Assembly: GCF_009914755.1 (NCBI RefSeq)
Contig: NC_060943.1
DNA: 64,000 bases
Strand: one strand, 5' to 3'
From: the human T2T-CHM13v2.0 reference genome, Homo sapiens
The notes below the pieces were generated by a model. It did not search any database, was not told the origin of the DNA, and was given only the letters and a program-made list of their open reading frames with translations. Below, piece after piece: positions 1 to 14,505 of this stretch (positions within the stretch are counted from its first letter, which is position 1; every line of letters begins with the position of its first letter). The position numbers and the translations under genes are program-made.

Positions 1-1172
1 CTGCCAGGTTTCGGTATCAGAATGACTCTGACCTCATAGAATGAGTTAGAGAGCAGTTGCTCCTCCTCAATTGTGTGGAATAATTTCAGTAGGATTGGTG
101 CCGCCTTTTCTTTACACGTCTGGTAGGATTCGACTGTGAATCCGTCTAGTCTAAGGTTTTTTGTGCTGGTTGGTAGGTTTTGTATGACTAACTCAATTTT
201 GGAACTCATCGTTGGTTTGTTCAGGGTTTCCATTTCTTCCTGGTTCAATCTTGAGAGGTTTTATGTTTCCAGGAATTTCTCTATTTCTTCTAGTTTTCTA
301 GTTTGTGTGCATAGAGGCATGTGGAATAGTCTCAGGGTTTCTTGTATATCTGTGGGTCAGTGGTAATGTCACCTTTGTCATTTCTGATTGTGTTTATTTG
401 GATCTTGTCTTTTTTTCTTTATTAATCTAGCTAGTGGTCTTCCCATGTTATTTATGCTTTCAAAAATATCAACTTTGTATGAATTAACAGCATTTGCCGT
501 GACCTGGATGAGACCGGAGACTGTTATTCTAAGTGAAGTAAGTCAGGAATGGAAAACCAAACATCGTATGTTCTCACTGATATGTGGGAGCTAAGCTATG
601 AGGACGCAAAGGCGTAAGAATGATACAATGGACTTTGGGGACTTAGGGGGACGAGTTGGCGGGGGCGAGGGATAAAATACAACAAGTAGGGTGTAGTGTA
701 TACTGCTCAGGTGATGGGTGCACCAAAATCACAAATCACCACTAAAGAGCTTATGTAACCACACACCACCTGTACCCCAATAATTTATGGAATAAATAAT
801 AAATAAATAATTTTTTTAAAAAATCAACTTTGGGTTTCATTGATCTTTTGTATGGTTTTTTACGTCTCCATTTCATTCAGGTCAGCTCCGATGTTGGTTT
901 TTTTTTTTCTTCTGCTAGCTTTGGGGTTGATTTGCTCTTGTTTTTCTAATTCCTCTAGGTGTGATGTTAGGCGGTTCATTTGAGATCTTTCTAGCTTCTT
1001 AGTGTAGCCCTTTAGCACTAGAAACTTCCTTTGAGCACTGTTCTAGCTGTGTCCCAGAGATTCTGGGATGTTGTATGTTTGTTTTCATTAGTTTCAGATA
1101 ATTTTTTTATTTCTGCCTTAATTTCAGTCTTTACCCAAAAGTCATTTGGAAGCAGGTTGTTTAATTTCCATG
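1..1172 (-). mobile_element. Old L1 ORF2 fragment (antisense), interrupted by a sense L1 3' end; repeated in every unit
   Basis: The unit-2 equivalent ORF 5306-5578(-) reads [50 protein letters not shown], a degenerate L1 ORF2p segment. Confidence 0.9.
478..815 (+). mobile_element. 5'-truncated L1PB-like 3' end nested in the older L1
   Basis: L1 ORF2 C-terminus (ETVILSEVSQEWKTKHRMFSLICGS) plus 3' UTR and A-rich tail. Flanked by a probable TSD: AAAAATATCAACTTTG (462-477) and AAAAATCAACTTTG (~819-832). Confidence 0.8.
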
Positions 1173-1180
1173 ATGACTCT

Positions 1181-1406
<226 letters not shown>

Positions 1407-1579
1407 TTATCTTCACTTCTGATATGACATTTAATTTTTCATTCATTTTCTGTCTATTATTGTTCCTTTTTTAACTTAAAAAAAAATTCTGTACTTTATG
1501 AATTTCTGTTTCAAGGTGTTTTTCCCATCTCCAAATGCTTATTTGAAAATGTTTCCTTTCCTCTTGGTTCATTTCTTCT

Positions 1580-1616
1580 GGTGTGTGTGTGCGCGCGCCC
1601 GCGTGCATGTGTGTAC
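1580..1616. repeat. Alternating purine-pyrimidine (TG)n(CG)n tract, potential Z-DNA; one per unit
   Basis: GTGTGTGTGTGCGCGCGCCCGCGTGCATGTGTGTAC. Confidence 0.55.
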
Positions 1617-1679
1617 TCGGGTCTCATTTTCTGCTTTCTTCCTGCAGTACCTCGTTTATGGGAGATGCACTTCGCTTTT

Positions 1680-1808
1680 CTTATTTTTTTAGTAGAGAGG
1701 GGGTTTCACTGGTTTAGCCAGAACAGTCTCGATCTCCTGACCTCGTGATCCGCCCACCTCGGGCTCCCAAAGTGCTGGGATTCCAGGAGTGAGCCACCGC
1801 GCCCGGCC
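1680..1808 (-). mobile_element. Alu left-arm fragment (antisense); one per unit
   Basis: Ends CCCAAAGTGCTGGGATT...GAGCCACCGCGCCCGGCC. Confidence 0.85.
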
Positions 1809-1970
1809 GTCCACTTTGCTTCTTGCAGAGGCTGATGGTTTGAGTAATTTCCGAGATTCATAGCTCGAGCGCGCCCTGTTCTGTCTATGCAGTGAAGGGC
1901 AGCTTTTTGCATCCACGGCTTTTTGTTGGCAAGGAGGAATGTGCAGTGGCCAGATTTGTTTCTTCCCCTT

Positions 1971-1991
1971 TTGTTGTTGTTGTTGTTGTTG
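1971..1991. repeat. (TTG)7 microsatellite; compound (TTG)n(CTG)3TTATCG(TTG)6-7 in units 2-6
   Basis: Direct reading (e.g. 7333-7386). Confidence 0.95.
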
Positions 1992-2215
1992 TATTTTATT
2001 TTGTAGCATCCTAAAGTGTCCCCTCCTTCTATTTCTTATCCTTATCCAGGTAGGGTTTAGAAAAGCTAACTTCAGGGGCAGGGGAGAGAGAGAAAGAGAG
2101 GAAGAGAAAATGAGAATGAATGACAATACATGAACCCATGGGTCAACCTTTATTTCAAGGCAGCCCAAAAGGACGGCTCTCCCTTCTCTTTCACTCTCTT
2201 CTCTGCGTGTGAAGC

Positions 2216-2680
<465 letters not shown>

Positions 2681-3035
2681 CACCTGTATCTTTTCTAAGA
2701 CTGGGAGAATTTTACAATTGCTTGAATAATTGAACAGTGCCTCGAGGATGTTACACTAGGTTATAAATAAATTCCTGCCGTGTTTAGCTGAGGCACGAAC
2801 ACAATGCCCACTGACAATTCCACTTTCCTCGAGGGCCATTCTTTATGAAAGGCTGTAGGAGTTCCACGACATTGTTGATTCCTGGATTCTCCAAGTCTCT
2901 AGAACTTGAGAACTACTTTTGTGTATTTTTTTAACCTTTAAGTCCAGAGTTTCTAATGTCCGTTTTATACTACTATAAAATGGTACTATGTATTCTTTAT
3001 TTATGGTACTATTTACACTTTATTTTATACAGACT

Positions 3036-3529
<494 letters not shown>

Positions 3530-3598
3530 TTAGGAAGATGTCATTTCTTCCTATCAAGGCGTCCTCCCTTTCTGTTTTGTTGTTATATTGGGAACGAT

Positions 3599-3614
3599 AA
3601 AAAAATTTTTTTTT
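3599..3614 (-). terminator. Pol III T7 terminator of snaR (A9T7 on the minus strand; present in all 7 copies)
   Basis: Plus strand AAAAAAATTTTTTTTT at 3599-3614. Confidence 0.85.
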
Positions 3615-3718
3615 CAACCCATGTGGACCAGGTTGGCCTCGAACTCGTGCCCTCGAACCCTCGCCTACCCTGAGGGTCCGAGGGCCCGCGCAACCGGCCG
3701 GAGCCACAATGGCTCCGG
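3599..3718 (-). ncRNA. SNAR-B: snaR small NF90-associated RNA, B-type, copy 1 (120 nt, Pol III)
   Basis: Minus strand reads CCGGAGCCATTGTGGCTCCGGCCGGTTGCGCGGGCCCTCGGACCCTCAGGGTAGGCGAGGGTTCGAGGGCACGAGTTCGAGGCCAACCTGGTCCACATGGGTTG-A9-T7. It has an A-box-like TGGCTCCGGCCGG, B-box GAGTTCGAGGCC, oligo-A then a T7 terminator. Matches the recalled snaR family; the B subtype is assigned from recall. Confidence 0.9.
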
Positions 3719-3742
3719 GTGTCGGGGCTGTCCTGTAGGCCC

Positions 3743-3849
3743 TTTGATCTTACGCAGGGTGAGGGAGCCAATCACCAGAGGCTCACCCCTGACGTCACCC
3801 AGTCCCCAGGGCCAGTGAGGGCCCTGCGTTCCATGGCGCCCCCTGGAGG
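3743..3849. promoter_or_regulatory. snaR upstream module: AT-rich -25/-34 element, CCAAT (3768-3772), CRE TGACGTCA (3790-3797), CTCF motif (3834-3849); intact in units 1-5
   Basis: Motifs read directly. CRE also at 9184, 14577, 19969, 25359. CTCF motif (minus strand CCTCCAGGGGGCGCCA) also at 9228, 14621, 20013, 25403. Confidence 0.65.
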
Positions 3850-4100
3850 GAGGAAGGGGAACTGTAGCTGAGAGTTCAGTATCTGACAATAAGGAAAAGG
3901 CATAGTAGATCAGATGGTGCCTAGTGTTCTGGAGAGAAGAAACAACGGGGTTGGCGAATTGGCAGTTGCACTTTATAATACAGGCCTCATGTATAAGGCA
4001 GACCTCATGGGGAAGGTAACACCTGTGCAGAGAAATGGAGATGAGGGCTAGGAGCCATGCAAATACTGGAACATGCTTGCCAGCAGAAGTCGAGAAACAT

Positions 4101-4415
4101 GGCCGGCACAGTGGCCCACACCTGTAATCCCAGGACTTTGGGAGGCCGAGGCAGGTAGATCACGAGGTCAGCAGTTCGAGACCAGCCTGGCCAACATGGT
4201 GAAACACTGTCTCTACAAAAATACAAAAATTAGCTGGGTGTGGTGGCACACGCCTATAATCCCAGTCACTTGGGAGGGTGAGGTAGGAGAATCGCTTGAA
4301 CCTGGGAGGTAGAGGTTGCAGTGATGCAGTGAGCTGAGACCACGCCATTGTACTCTAGCCTGGGCGACAGAGCGAGACTCCATCTCAAAAAAAAAAAAAA
4401 AAAAAAAAAGCAAAA
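4101..4415 (+). mobile_element. Full-length AluS-like element; one per unit
   Basis: Dimeric Alu with polyA. Confidence 0.9.
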
Positions 4416-4626
4416 ACAAACAGGTGACATTCATTTTGATAAAATAGCTGATTTAACCTAATATACCTAAAACATCATAATTTTAACATAATCAATAGAA
4501 ACATTTTTGCAAGATTTTATGTTATTTTTTTACCATACGACGTCTTGGAAATCTTGGTTTGGACCAGCCATGTTCAACTGCTCAGTAGCCATGTGTGGCC
4601 AGAGGCGGCCGTATTGGACAGTGCAG
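4416..4626 (-). mobile_element. MER3/MER33-like hAT DNA transposon fossil; one per unit (truncated in unit 6)
   Basis: Ends ...CTCAGTAGCCATGTGTGGCCAGAGGCGGCCGTATTGGACAGTGCAG, the reverse complement of the MER3/33 start. Confidence 0.6.
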
Positions 4627-4793
4627 ATGGTGCATGAGGGTGTTCGGGCAGTGGGAACAGCCAGTACAGAGGCCCTGTGGGGGCACATGCCTGCTGCTAC
4701 GGGAACAGTGAGGAGCCCCGTGTGGCTGCAGTGGAGTGAGAGGGAGAAGGTGGGAGATGTCACCAACGGTCTCATCATTCATTCATTAAATCC

Positions 4794-5090
<297 letters not shown>

Positions 5091-6510
5091 CATTGAATGT
5101 GTGTATATATAGTTGAATAAAGAAGAGACTGGAGTTTGTTCTGTATCTTCTCCTTTCAAATTCTGCGCCAGTTGAATTTTTTCCTCTTCCTTTTATATAT
5201 TTTTAATTGACAAATTGTACATATTTATCATGTACATATTGTTTTGAAATATGTATATACCGTAGAATGGCTAAATCAAGATCATTAACATATGTATTAC
5301 TTTACCTATTTTCCTTTTTTCGTTGTGTCTCTGCCAGGTTTCGGTATCAGAATGACTCTGACTTCATAGAATGAGTTAGAGAGCAGTTGCTCCTCCTCAA
5401 TTGTGTGGAATAATTTCAGTAGGATTGGTGCCGGCTTTTCTTTACACATCTGGTAGAATTCGACTGTGAATCCGTCTAGTCTAAGGTTTTTTGTGCTGGT
5501 TGGTAGGTCTTGTATGACTAACTCAATTTTGGAACTCATCGTTGGTTTGTTCAGGGTTTCCATTTCTTCCTGGTTCAATCTTGAGAGGTTTTATGTTTCC
5601 AGGAATTTATCTATTTCTTCTAGTTTTCTAGTTTGTGTGCATAGAGGCATGTGGAATAGTCTCAGGGTTTCTTGTATGTCTGTGGGTCAGTGGTAATGTC
5701 ACCTCTGTCATTTCTGATTGTGTTTATTTGGATCTTGTCTTTTTTCCTTTATTAATCTAGCTAGTGGTCTTTCCATGTTATTTGTGCTTTCGAAAATATC
5801 AACTTTGTATGAATTAACAGCATTTGCCGTGACCTGGATGAGACCGGAGACTATTATTCTAAGTGAAGTAACTCAGGAATGGAAAGCCAAACATCGTATG
5901 TTCTCACTGATATGTGGGAGCTAAGCTATGAGGACGCAAAGGCGTAACAATGATACAATGGACTTTGGGGACGTAGGGGGACGAGTTGGCGGGGGCGAGG
6001 GATAACAGACAACAAATAGGGTGTAGTGTATACTGCTCAGGTGATGGGTGCACCAAAATCACAAATCACCACTAAAGAGCTTATGTTACCAAATACCACC
6101 TGTACCCCATAATTTATGGAAGAAATAATAAATAAATAATTTTTTTAAAAAATCAACTTTGGGTTTCATTGATCTTTTCTATGATTTTTTACATCTCAAT
6201 TTCATTCAGCTCAGCTCTGATTTTGGTGTTTTTTTTTCTTCTGCTAGCTTTGGGGTTGATTTGCTCTTGTTTTTCTAATTCCTCTAGGTGTGATGTTAGG
6301 CTGTTCATTTGAGATCTTTCTAGCTTCTTGATGTAGCCACTTAGCACTATAAACTTCCTTTGAGCACTGTTCTAGCTGTGTCCCAGAGATTCTGGGATGT
6401 TGTATGTTTGTTTTCATTAGTTTCAAATAATTTTTTTATTTCTGCCTTAATTTCAGTCTTTACCCAAAAGTCATCTGGAAGCAGGTTGTTTAATTTCCAT
6501 GTTGACTCTA

Positions 6511-6681
<171 letters not shown>

Positions 6682-7864
6682 TCAAAAAAAAAAAAAAAAA
6701 AAAAAATTGCCCCTTCTTAAGTTTGCATTTAGATCTCTTCTCCTTTGATCACTTTTAATTTATCTTCACTTCTGATATGACATTTTATTTTTTATTCATT
6801 TTCTGCCTGTTTATTATTGTTCCTCTTTTAACTTAAAAAAAAAAACATGTCTGTACTTTATGAATTTCTGTTTCAAGGTGTTTTTCCCATCTCCAAATGC
6901 TTACTTGAAAATATTTCCTTTCCTCTTGGTTCATTTCTTCTGGTGTGTGTGTGCGCACGCCCGCGTGCATGTGTGTACTCGGGTCTCATTTTCTGCTTTC
7001 TTCCTGCAGTACCTCGTTTATGGGAGATCCACTTCGCTTTTGTTATTTTTTTAGTAGAGAGGGGGTTTCACTGGTTTAGCCAGAACAGTCTCGATCTCCT
7101 GACCTCGTGATCCGCCCACCTCGGGCTCCCAAAGTGCTGGGATTCCAGGAGTGAGCCACCGCGCCCGGCCGTCCACTTTGCTTCTTGCAGAGGCTGATGG
7201 TTTGAGTAATTTCCGAGATTCATAGCTCGAGCGCGCCCTCTTCTGTCTATGCAGTGAAGGGCAGCTTTTTGCATCCACGGCTTTTTGTTGCCAAGGAGGA
7301 ATGTGCAGTGGCCAGATTTGTTTCTTCCCTTTTTGTTGTTGTTGTTGTTGCTGCTGCTGTTATCGTTGTTGTTGTTGTTGTTGTTGTATTTTATTTTGTA
7401 GCATCCTAAAGTGTCCCCTCCTTCTATTTCTTATCCTTATCCAGGTAGGGTGTAGAAAAGCTAACTTAAGGGGCAGGGGAGAGAGAGAAAGAGAGGAAGA
7501 GAAAATGAGAATGAATGACAATACATGAACCCATGGGTCAACCTTTATTTCAAGGCAGGCCAAAAGGACAGCTCTCCCTTCTCTTTTACCCTCTTCTCTG
7601 CGTGTGAAGCTGATGCAGCACAGGCGAGCCCCAAAATTGAGGCTTAGCCCGGGGGGGTTCTTGGCTTCTCCTAGAAACTAATTCAAGAAGCCGGGCGCAG
7701 TGGCTCACGCCTGTAATCCCAGCACTTTGGGAGGCTGAGGCGGATGGATCACTTGAGGTAAGGAGTTCGAGACCAGCCTGGCCAACATGGTGAAACCCCA
7801 TCTCTACTAAATATACAAAAATTACCCGGGCATGGGGACGGGTGCCTGTAATCCCAGCTATTCA

Positions 7865-8020
<156 letters not shown>

Positions 8021-8770
8021 TTAGACGGCAACTTTTACTGAAGCGTCAGTGCACAGCCACAGCAGAGGGACACACACCTGTATCTTTTCTAAGACTGGGA
8101 GAATTTTACAATTGCTTGAATAATTGAACAGTGCCTCGAGGATGTTACACTAGGTTATAAATAAATTCCTGCCGTGTTTAGCTGAGGCACGAACACAATG
8201 CCCACTGACAATTCCACTTTCCTCGAGGGCCATTCTTTATGAAAGGCTGTAGGAGTTCCACGACATTGTTGATTCCTGGATTCTCCAAGTCTCTAGAACT
8301 TGAGAACTACTTTTGTGTATTTTTTTAACCTTTAAGTCCAGAGTTTCTAATGTCCGTTTTATACTACTATAAAATGGTACTATGTATTCTTTATTTATGG
8401 TACTATTTACACTTTATTTTATACAGACTCTGGCTCCACAAAAAGGTTAAAAATTAGCCAGGTGCAGTGGTGCACATCTGCGGCCCCAGCTACTCAGGAG
8501 GCTGAGGCAGAAGGATTGCTTGAGCTCGGATGGTCAGGGCTGCAATGAGCTATGATCACACATCACATCAATGCACTCCAGCCTGGGCAACAGAGTGAGA
8601 CCCTGTCTCTAAAAGAATAGAAGAGGCTGGGCGCGGTGGCTCACGCCTGTCATCCTACCACTTTGGGAGACCAAGGCGAGTGGATCATTTGAGGCCAGGT
8701 GTTCAAGACCAGCCTGGTCAACATGGCGAAACCCCATCTCTTGGCAGGCGACTGTAATCCCAGCTACTCA

Positions 8771-8923
<153 letters not shown>

Positions 8924-8992
8924 TTAGGAAGATGTCATTTCTTCCTATCAAGGCGTCCTCCCTTTCTGTTTTGTTGTTATATTGGGAACGAT

Positions 8993-9112
8993 AAAAAAAT
9001 TTTTTTTTCAACCCATGTGGACCAGGTTGGCCTCGAACTCGTGCCCTCGAACCCTCGCCTACCCTGAGGGTCCGAGGGCCCGCGCAACCGGCCGGAGCCA
9101 CAATGGCTCCGG
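8993..9112 (-). ncRNA. SNAR-B: snaR B-type, copy 2
   Basis: Same 120-nt sequence as copy 1. Confidence 0.9.
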
Positions 9113-10210
9113 GTGTCGGGGCTGTCCTGTAGGCCCTTTGATCTTACGCAGGGTGAGGGAGCCAATCACCAGAGGCTCACCCCTGACGTCACCCAGTCCC
9201 CAGGGCCAGTGAGGGCCCTGCGTTCCATGGCGCCCCCTGGAGGGAGGAAGGGGAACTGTAGCTGAGAGTTCAGTATCTGACAATAAGGAAAAGGCATAGT
9301 AGATCAGATGGTGCCTAGTGTTCTGGAGAGAAGAAACAACGGGGTTGGCGAATTGGCAGTTGCACTTTATAATACAGGCCTCATGTATAAGGCAGACCTC
9401 ATGGGGAAGGTAACACCTGTGCAGAGAAATGGAGATGAGGGCTAGGAGCCATGCAAATACTGGAACATGCTTGCCAGCAGAAGTCGAGAAACATGGCCGG
9501 CACAGTGGCCCACACCTGTAATCCCAGGACTTTGGGAGGCCGAGGCAGGTAGATCACGAGGTCAGCAGTTCGAGACCAGCCTGGCCAACATGGTGAAACA
9601 CTGTCTCTACAAAAATACAAAAATTAGCTGGGTGTGGTGGCACACGCCTATAATCCCAGTCACTTGGGAGGGTGAGGTAGGAGAATCGCTTGAACCTGGG
9701 AGGTAGAGGTTGCAGTGATGCAGTGAGCTGAGACCACGCCATTGTACTCTAGCCTGGGCGACAGAGCGAGACTCCATCTCAAAAAAAAAAAAAAAAAAAA
9801 AAAGCAAAAACAAACAGGTGACATTCATTTTGATAAAATAGCTGATTTAACCTAATATACCTAAAACATCATAATTTTAACATAATCAATAGAAACATTT
9901 TTGCAAGATTTTATGTTATTTTTTTACCATACGACGTCTTGGAAATCTTGGTTTGGACCAGCCATGTTCAACTGCTCAGTAGCCATGTGTGGCCAGAGGC
10001 GGCCGTATTGGACAGTGCAGATGGTGCATGAGGGTGTTCGGGCAGTGGGAACAGCCAGTACAGAGGCCCTGTGGGGGCACATGCCTGCTGCTACGGGAAC
10101 AGTGAGGAGCCCCGTGTGGCTGCAGTGGAGTGAGAGGGAGAAGGTGGGAGATGTCACCAACGGTCTCATCATTCATTCATTAAATCCTTTTTTTTTTTTT
10201 TTGAGACTGA

Positions 10211-10363
<153 letters not shown>

Positions 10364-11904
10364 TAGTAGAGCTGGGGTTTCTCTCTGTTGGTCAGGCTGG
10401 TCTCGAACTCCCGACCTCAGGTGATCTGCCCGCCTTGACCTCCCAAAGTGCTGTGATTACAGGCTTGAGCCACTGCTCCTGGTCCATTGAATGTGTGTAT
10501 ATATAGTTGAATAAAGAAGAGACTGGAGTTTGTTCTGTATCTTCTCCTTTCAAATTCTGCGCCAGTTGAATTTTTTCCTCTTCCTTTTATATATTTTTAA
10601 TTGACAAATTGTACATATTTATCATGTACATATTGTTTTGAAATATGTATATACCGTAGAATGGCTAAATCAAGATCATTAACATATGTATTACTTTACC
10701 TATTTTCCTTTTTTCGTTGTGTCTCTGCCAGGTTTCGGTATCAGAATGACTCTGACTTCATAGAATGAGTTAGAGAGCAGTTGCTCCTCCTCAATTGTGT
10801 GGAATAATTTCAGTAGGATTGGTGCCGGCTTTTCTTTACACATCTGGTAGAATTCGACTGTGAATCCGTCTAGTCTAAGGTTTTTTGTGCTGGTTGGTAG
10901 GTCTTGTATGACTAACTCAATTTTGGAACTCATCGTTGGTTTGTTCAGGGTTTCCATTTCTTCCTGGTTCAATCTTGAGAGGTTTTATGTTTCCAGGAAT
11001 TTATCTATTTCTTCTAGTTTTCTAGTTTGTGTGCATAGAGGCATGTGGAATAGTCTCAGGGTTTCTTGTATGTCTGTGGGTCAGTGGTAATGTCACCTCT
11101 GTCATTTCTGATTGTGTTTATTTGGATCTTGTCTTTTTTCCTTTATTAATCTAGCTAGTGGTCTTTCCATGTTATTTGTGCTTTCGAAAATATCAACTTT
11201 GTATGAATTAACAGCATTTGCCGTGACCTGGATGAGACCGGAGACTATTATTCTAAGTGAAGTAACTCAGGAATGGAAAGCCAAACATCGTATGTTCTCA
11301 CTGATATGTGGGAGCTAAGCTATGAGGACGCAAAGGCGTAACAATGATACAATGGACTTTGGGGACGTAGGGGGACGAGTTGGCGGGGGCGAGGGATAAC
11401 AGACAACAAATAGGGTGTAGTGTATACTGCTCAGGTGATGGGTGCACCAAAATCACAAATCACCACTAAAGAGCTTATGTTACCAAATACCACCTGTACC
11501 CCATAATTTATGGAAGAAATAATAAATAAATAATTTTTTTAAAAAATCAACTTTGGGTTTCATTGATCTTTTCTATGATTTTTTACATCTCAATTTCATT
11601 CAGCTCAGCTCTGATTTTGGTGTTTTTTTTTCTTCTGCTAGCTTTGGGGTTGATTTGCTCTTGTTTTTCTAATTCCTCTAGGTGTGATGTTAGGCTGTTC
11701 ATTTGAGATCTTTCTAGCTTCTTGATGTAGCCACTTAGCACTATAAACTTCCTTTGAGCACTGTTCTAGCTGTGTCCCAGAGATTCTGGGATGTTGTATG
11801 TTTGTTTTCATTAGTTTCAAATAATTTTTTTATTTCTGCCTTAATTTCAGTCTTTACCCAAAAGTCATCTGGAAGCAGGTTGTTTAATTTCCATGTTGAC
11901 TCTA

Positions 11905-12075
<171 letters not shown>

Positions 12076-13257
12076 TCAAAAAAAAAAAAAAAAAAAAAAT
12101 TGCCCCTTCTTAAGTTTGCATTTAGATCTCTTCTCCTTTGATCACTTTTAATTTATCTTCACTTCTGATATGACATTTTATTTTTTATTCATTTTCTGCC
12201 TGTTTATTATTGTTCCTCTTTTAACTTAAAAAAAAAAACATGTCTGTACTTTATGAATTTCTGTTTCAAGGTGTTTTTCCCATCTCCAAATGCTTACTTG
12301 AAAATATTTCCTTTCCTCTTGGTTCATTTCTTCTGGTGTGTGTGTGCGCACGCCCGCGTGCATGTGTGTACTCGGGTCTCATTTTCTGCTTTCTTCCTGC
12401 AGTACCTCGTTTATGGGAGATCCACTTCGCTTTTGTTATTTTTTTAGTAGAGAGGGGGTTTCACTGGTTTAGCCAGAACAGTCTCGATCTCCTGACCTCG
12501 TGATCCGCCCACCTCGGGCTCCCAAAGTGCTGGGATTCCAGGAGTGAGCCACCGCGCCCGGCCGTCCACTTTGCTTCTTGCAGAGGCTGATGGTTTGAGT
12601 AATTTCCGAGATTCATAGCTCGAGCGCGCCCTCTTCTGTCTATGCAGTGAAGGGCAGCTTTTTGCATCCACGGCTTTTTGTTGCCAAGGAGGAATGTGCA
12701 GTGGCCAGATTTGTTTCTTCCCTTTTTGTTGTTGTTGTTGTTGCTGCTGCTGTTATCGTTGTTGTTGTTGTTGTTGTTGTATTTTATTTTGTAGCATCCT
12801 AAAGTGTCCCCTCCTTCTATTTCTTATCCTTATCCAGGTAGGGTGTAGAAAAGCTAACTTAAGGGGCAGGGGAGAGAGAGAAAGAGAGGAAGAGAAAATG
12901 AGAATGAATGACAATACATGAACCCATGGGTCAACCTTTATTTCAAGGCAGGCCAAAAGGACAGCTCTCCCTTCTCTTTTACCCTCTTCTCTGCGTGTGA
13001 AGCTGATGCAGCACAGGCGAGCCCCAAAATTGAGGCTTAGCCCGGGGGGGTTCTTGGCTTCTCCTAGAAACTAATTCAAGAAGCCGGGCGCAGTGGCTCA
13101 CGCCTGTAATCCCAGCACTTTGGGAGGCTGAGGCGGATGGATCACTTGAGGTAAGGAGTTCGAGACCAGCCTGGCCAACATGGTGAAACCCCATCTCTAC
13201 TAAATATACAAAAATTACCCGGGCATGGGGACGGGTGCCTGTAATCCCAGCTATTCA

Positions 13258-13413
<156 letters not shown>

Positions 13414-14163
13414 TTAGACGGCAACTTTTACTGAAGCGTCAGTGCACAGCCACAGCAGAGGGACACACACCTGTATCTTTTCTAAGACTGGGAGAATTTT
13501 ACAATTGCTTGAATAATTGAACAGTGCCTCGAGGATGTTACACTAGGTTATAAATAAATTCCTGCCGTGTTTAGCTGAGGCACGAACACAATGCCCACTG
13601 ACAATTCCACTTTCCTCGAGGGCCATTCTTTATGAAAGGCTGTAGGAGTTCCACGACATTGTTGATTCCTGGATTCTCCAAGTCTCTAGAACTTGAGAAC
13701 TACTTTTGTGTATTTTTTTAACCTTTAAGTCCAGAGTTTCTAATGTCCGTTTTATACTACTATAAAATGGTACTATGTATTCTTTATTTATGGTACTATT
13801 TACACTTTATTTTATACAGACTCTGGCTCCACAAAAAGGTTAAAAATTAGCCAGGTGCAGTGGTGCACATCTGCGGCCCCAGCTACTCAGGAGGCTGAGG
13901 CAGAAGGATTGCTTGAGCTCGGATGGTCAGGGCTGCAATGAGCTATGATCACACATCACATCAATGCACTCCAGCCTGGGCAACAGAGTGAGACCCTGTC
14001 TCTAAAAGAATAGAAGAGGCTGGGCGCGGTGGCTCACGCCTGTCATCCTACCACTTTGGGAGACCAAGGCGAGTGGATCATTTGAGGCCAGGTGTTCAAG
14101 ACCAGCCTGGTCAACATGGCGAAACCCCATCTCTTGGCAGGCGACTGTAATCCCAGCTACTCA

Positions 14164-14316
<153 letters not shown>

Positions 14317-14385
14317 TTAGGAAGATGTCATTTCTTCCTATCAAGGCGTCCTCCCTTTCTGTTTTGTTGTTATATTGGGAACGAT

Positions 14386-14505
14386 AAAAAAATTTTTTTT
14401 TCAACCCATGTGGACCAGGTTGGCCTCGAACTCGTGCCCTCGAACCCTCGCCTACCCTGAGGGTCCGAGGGCCCGCGCAACCGGCCGGAGCCACAATGGC
14501 TCCGG
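14386..14505 (-). ncRNA. SNAR-B: snaR B-type, copy 3
   Basis: Same 120-nt sequence as copy 1. Confidence 0.9.

Noticed and set aside
1689-2168. Poly-Gln and poly-Cys ORFs in each unit
   Set aside because: Translations of the (TTG/CAA)n microsatellite plus Alu sequence.
3599-3718. Possible tRNA or CRISPR-like repeat-spacer array
   Set aside because: It has A/B boxes but no cloverleaf. The repeats are whole 5.4-kb units with identical intervening DNA, no unique spacers and no cas genes.
5306-5578. L1 ORF2-like 90-aa ORF
   Set aside because: Degenerate fragment of an interrupted old L1; not an active reverse transcriptase.
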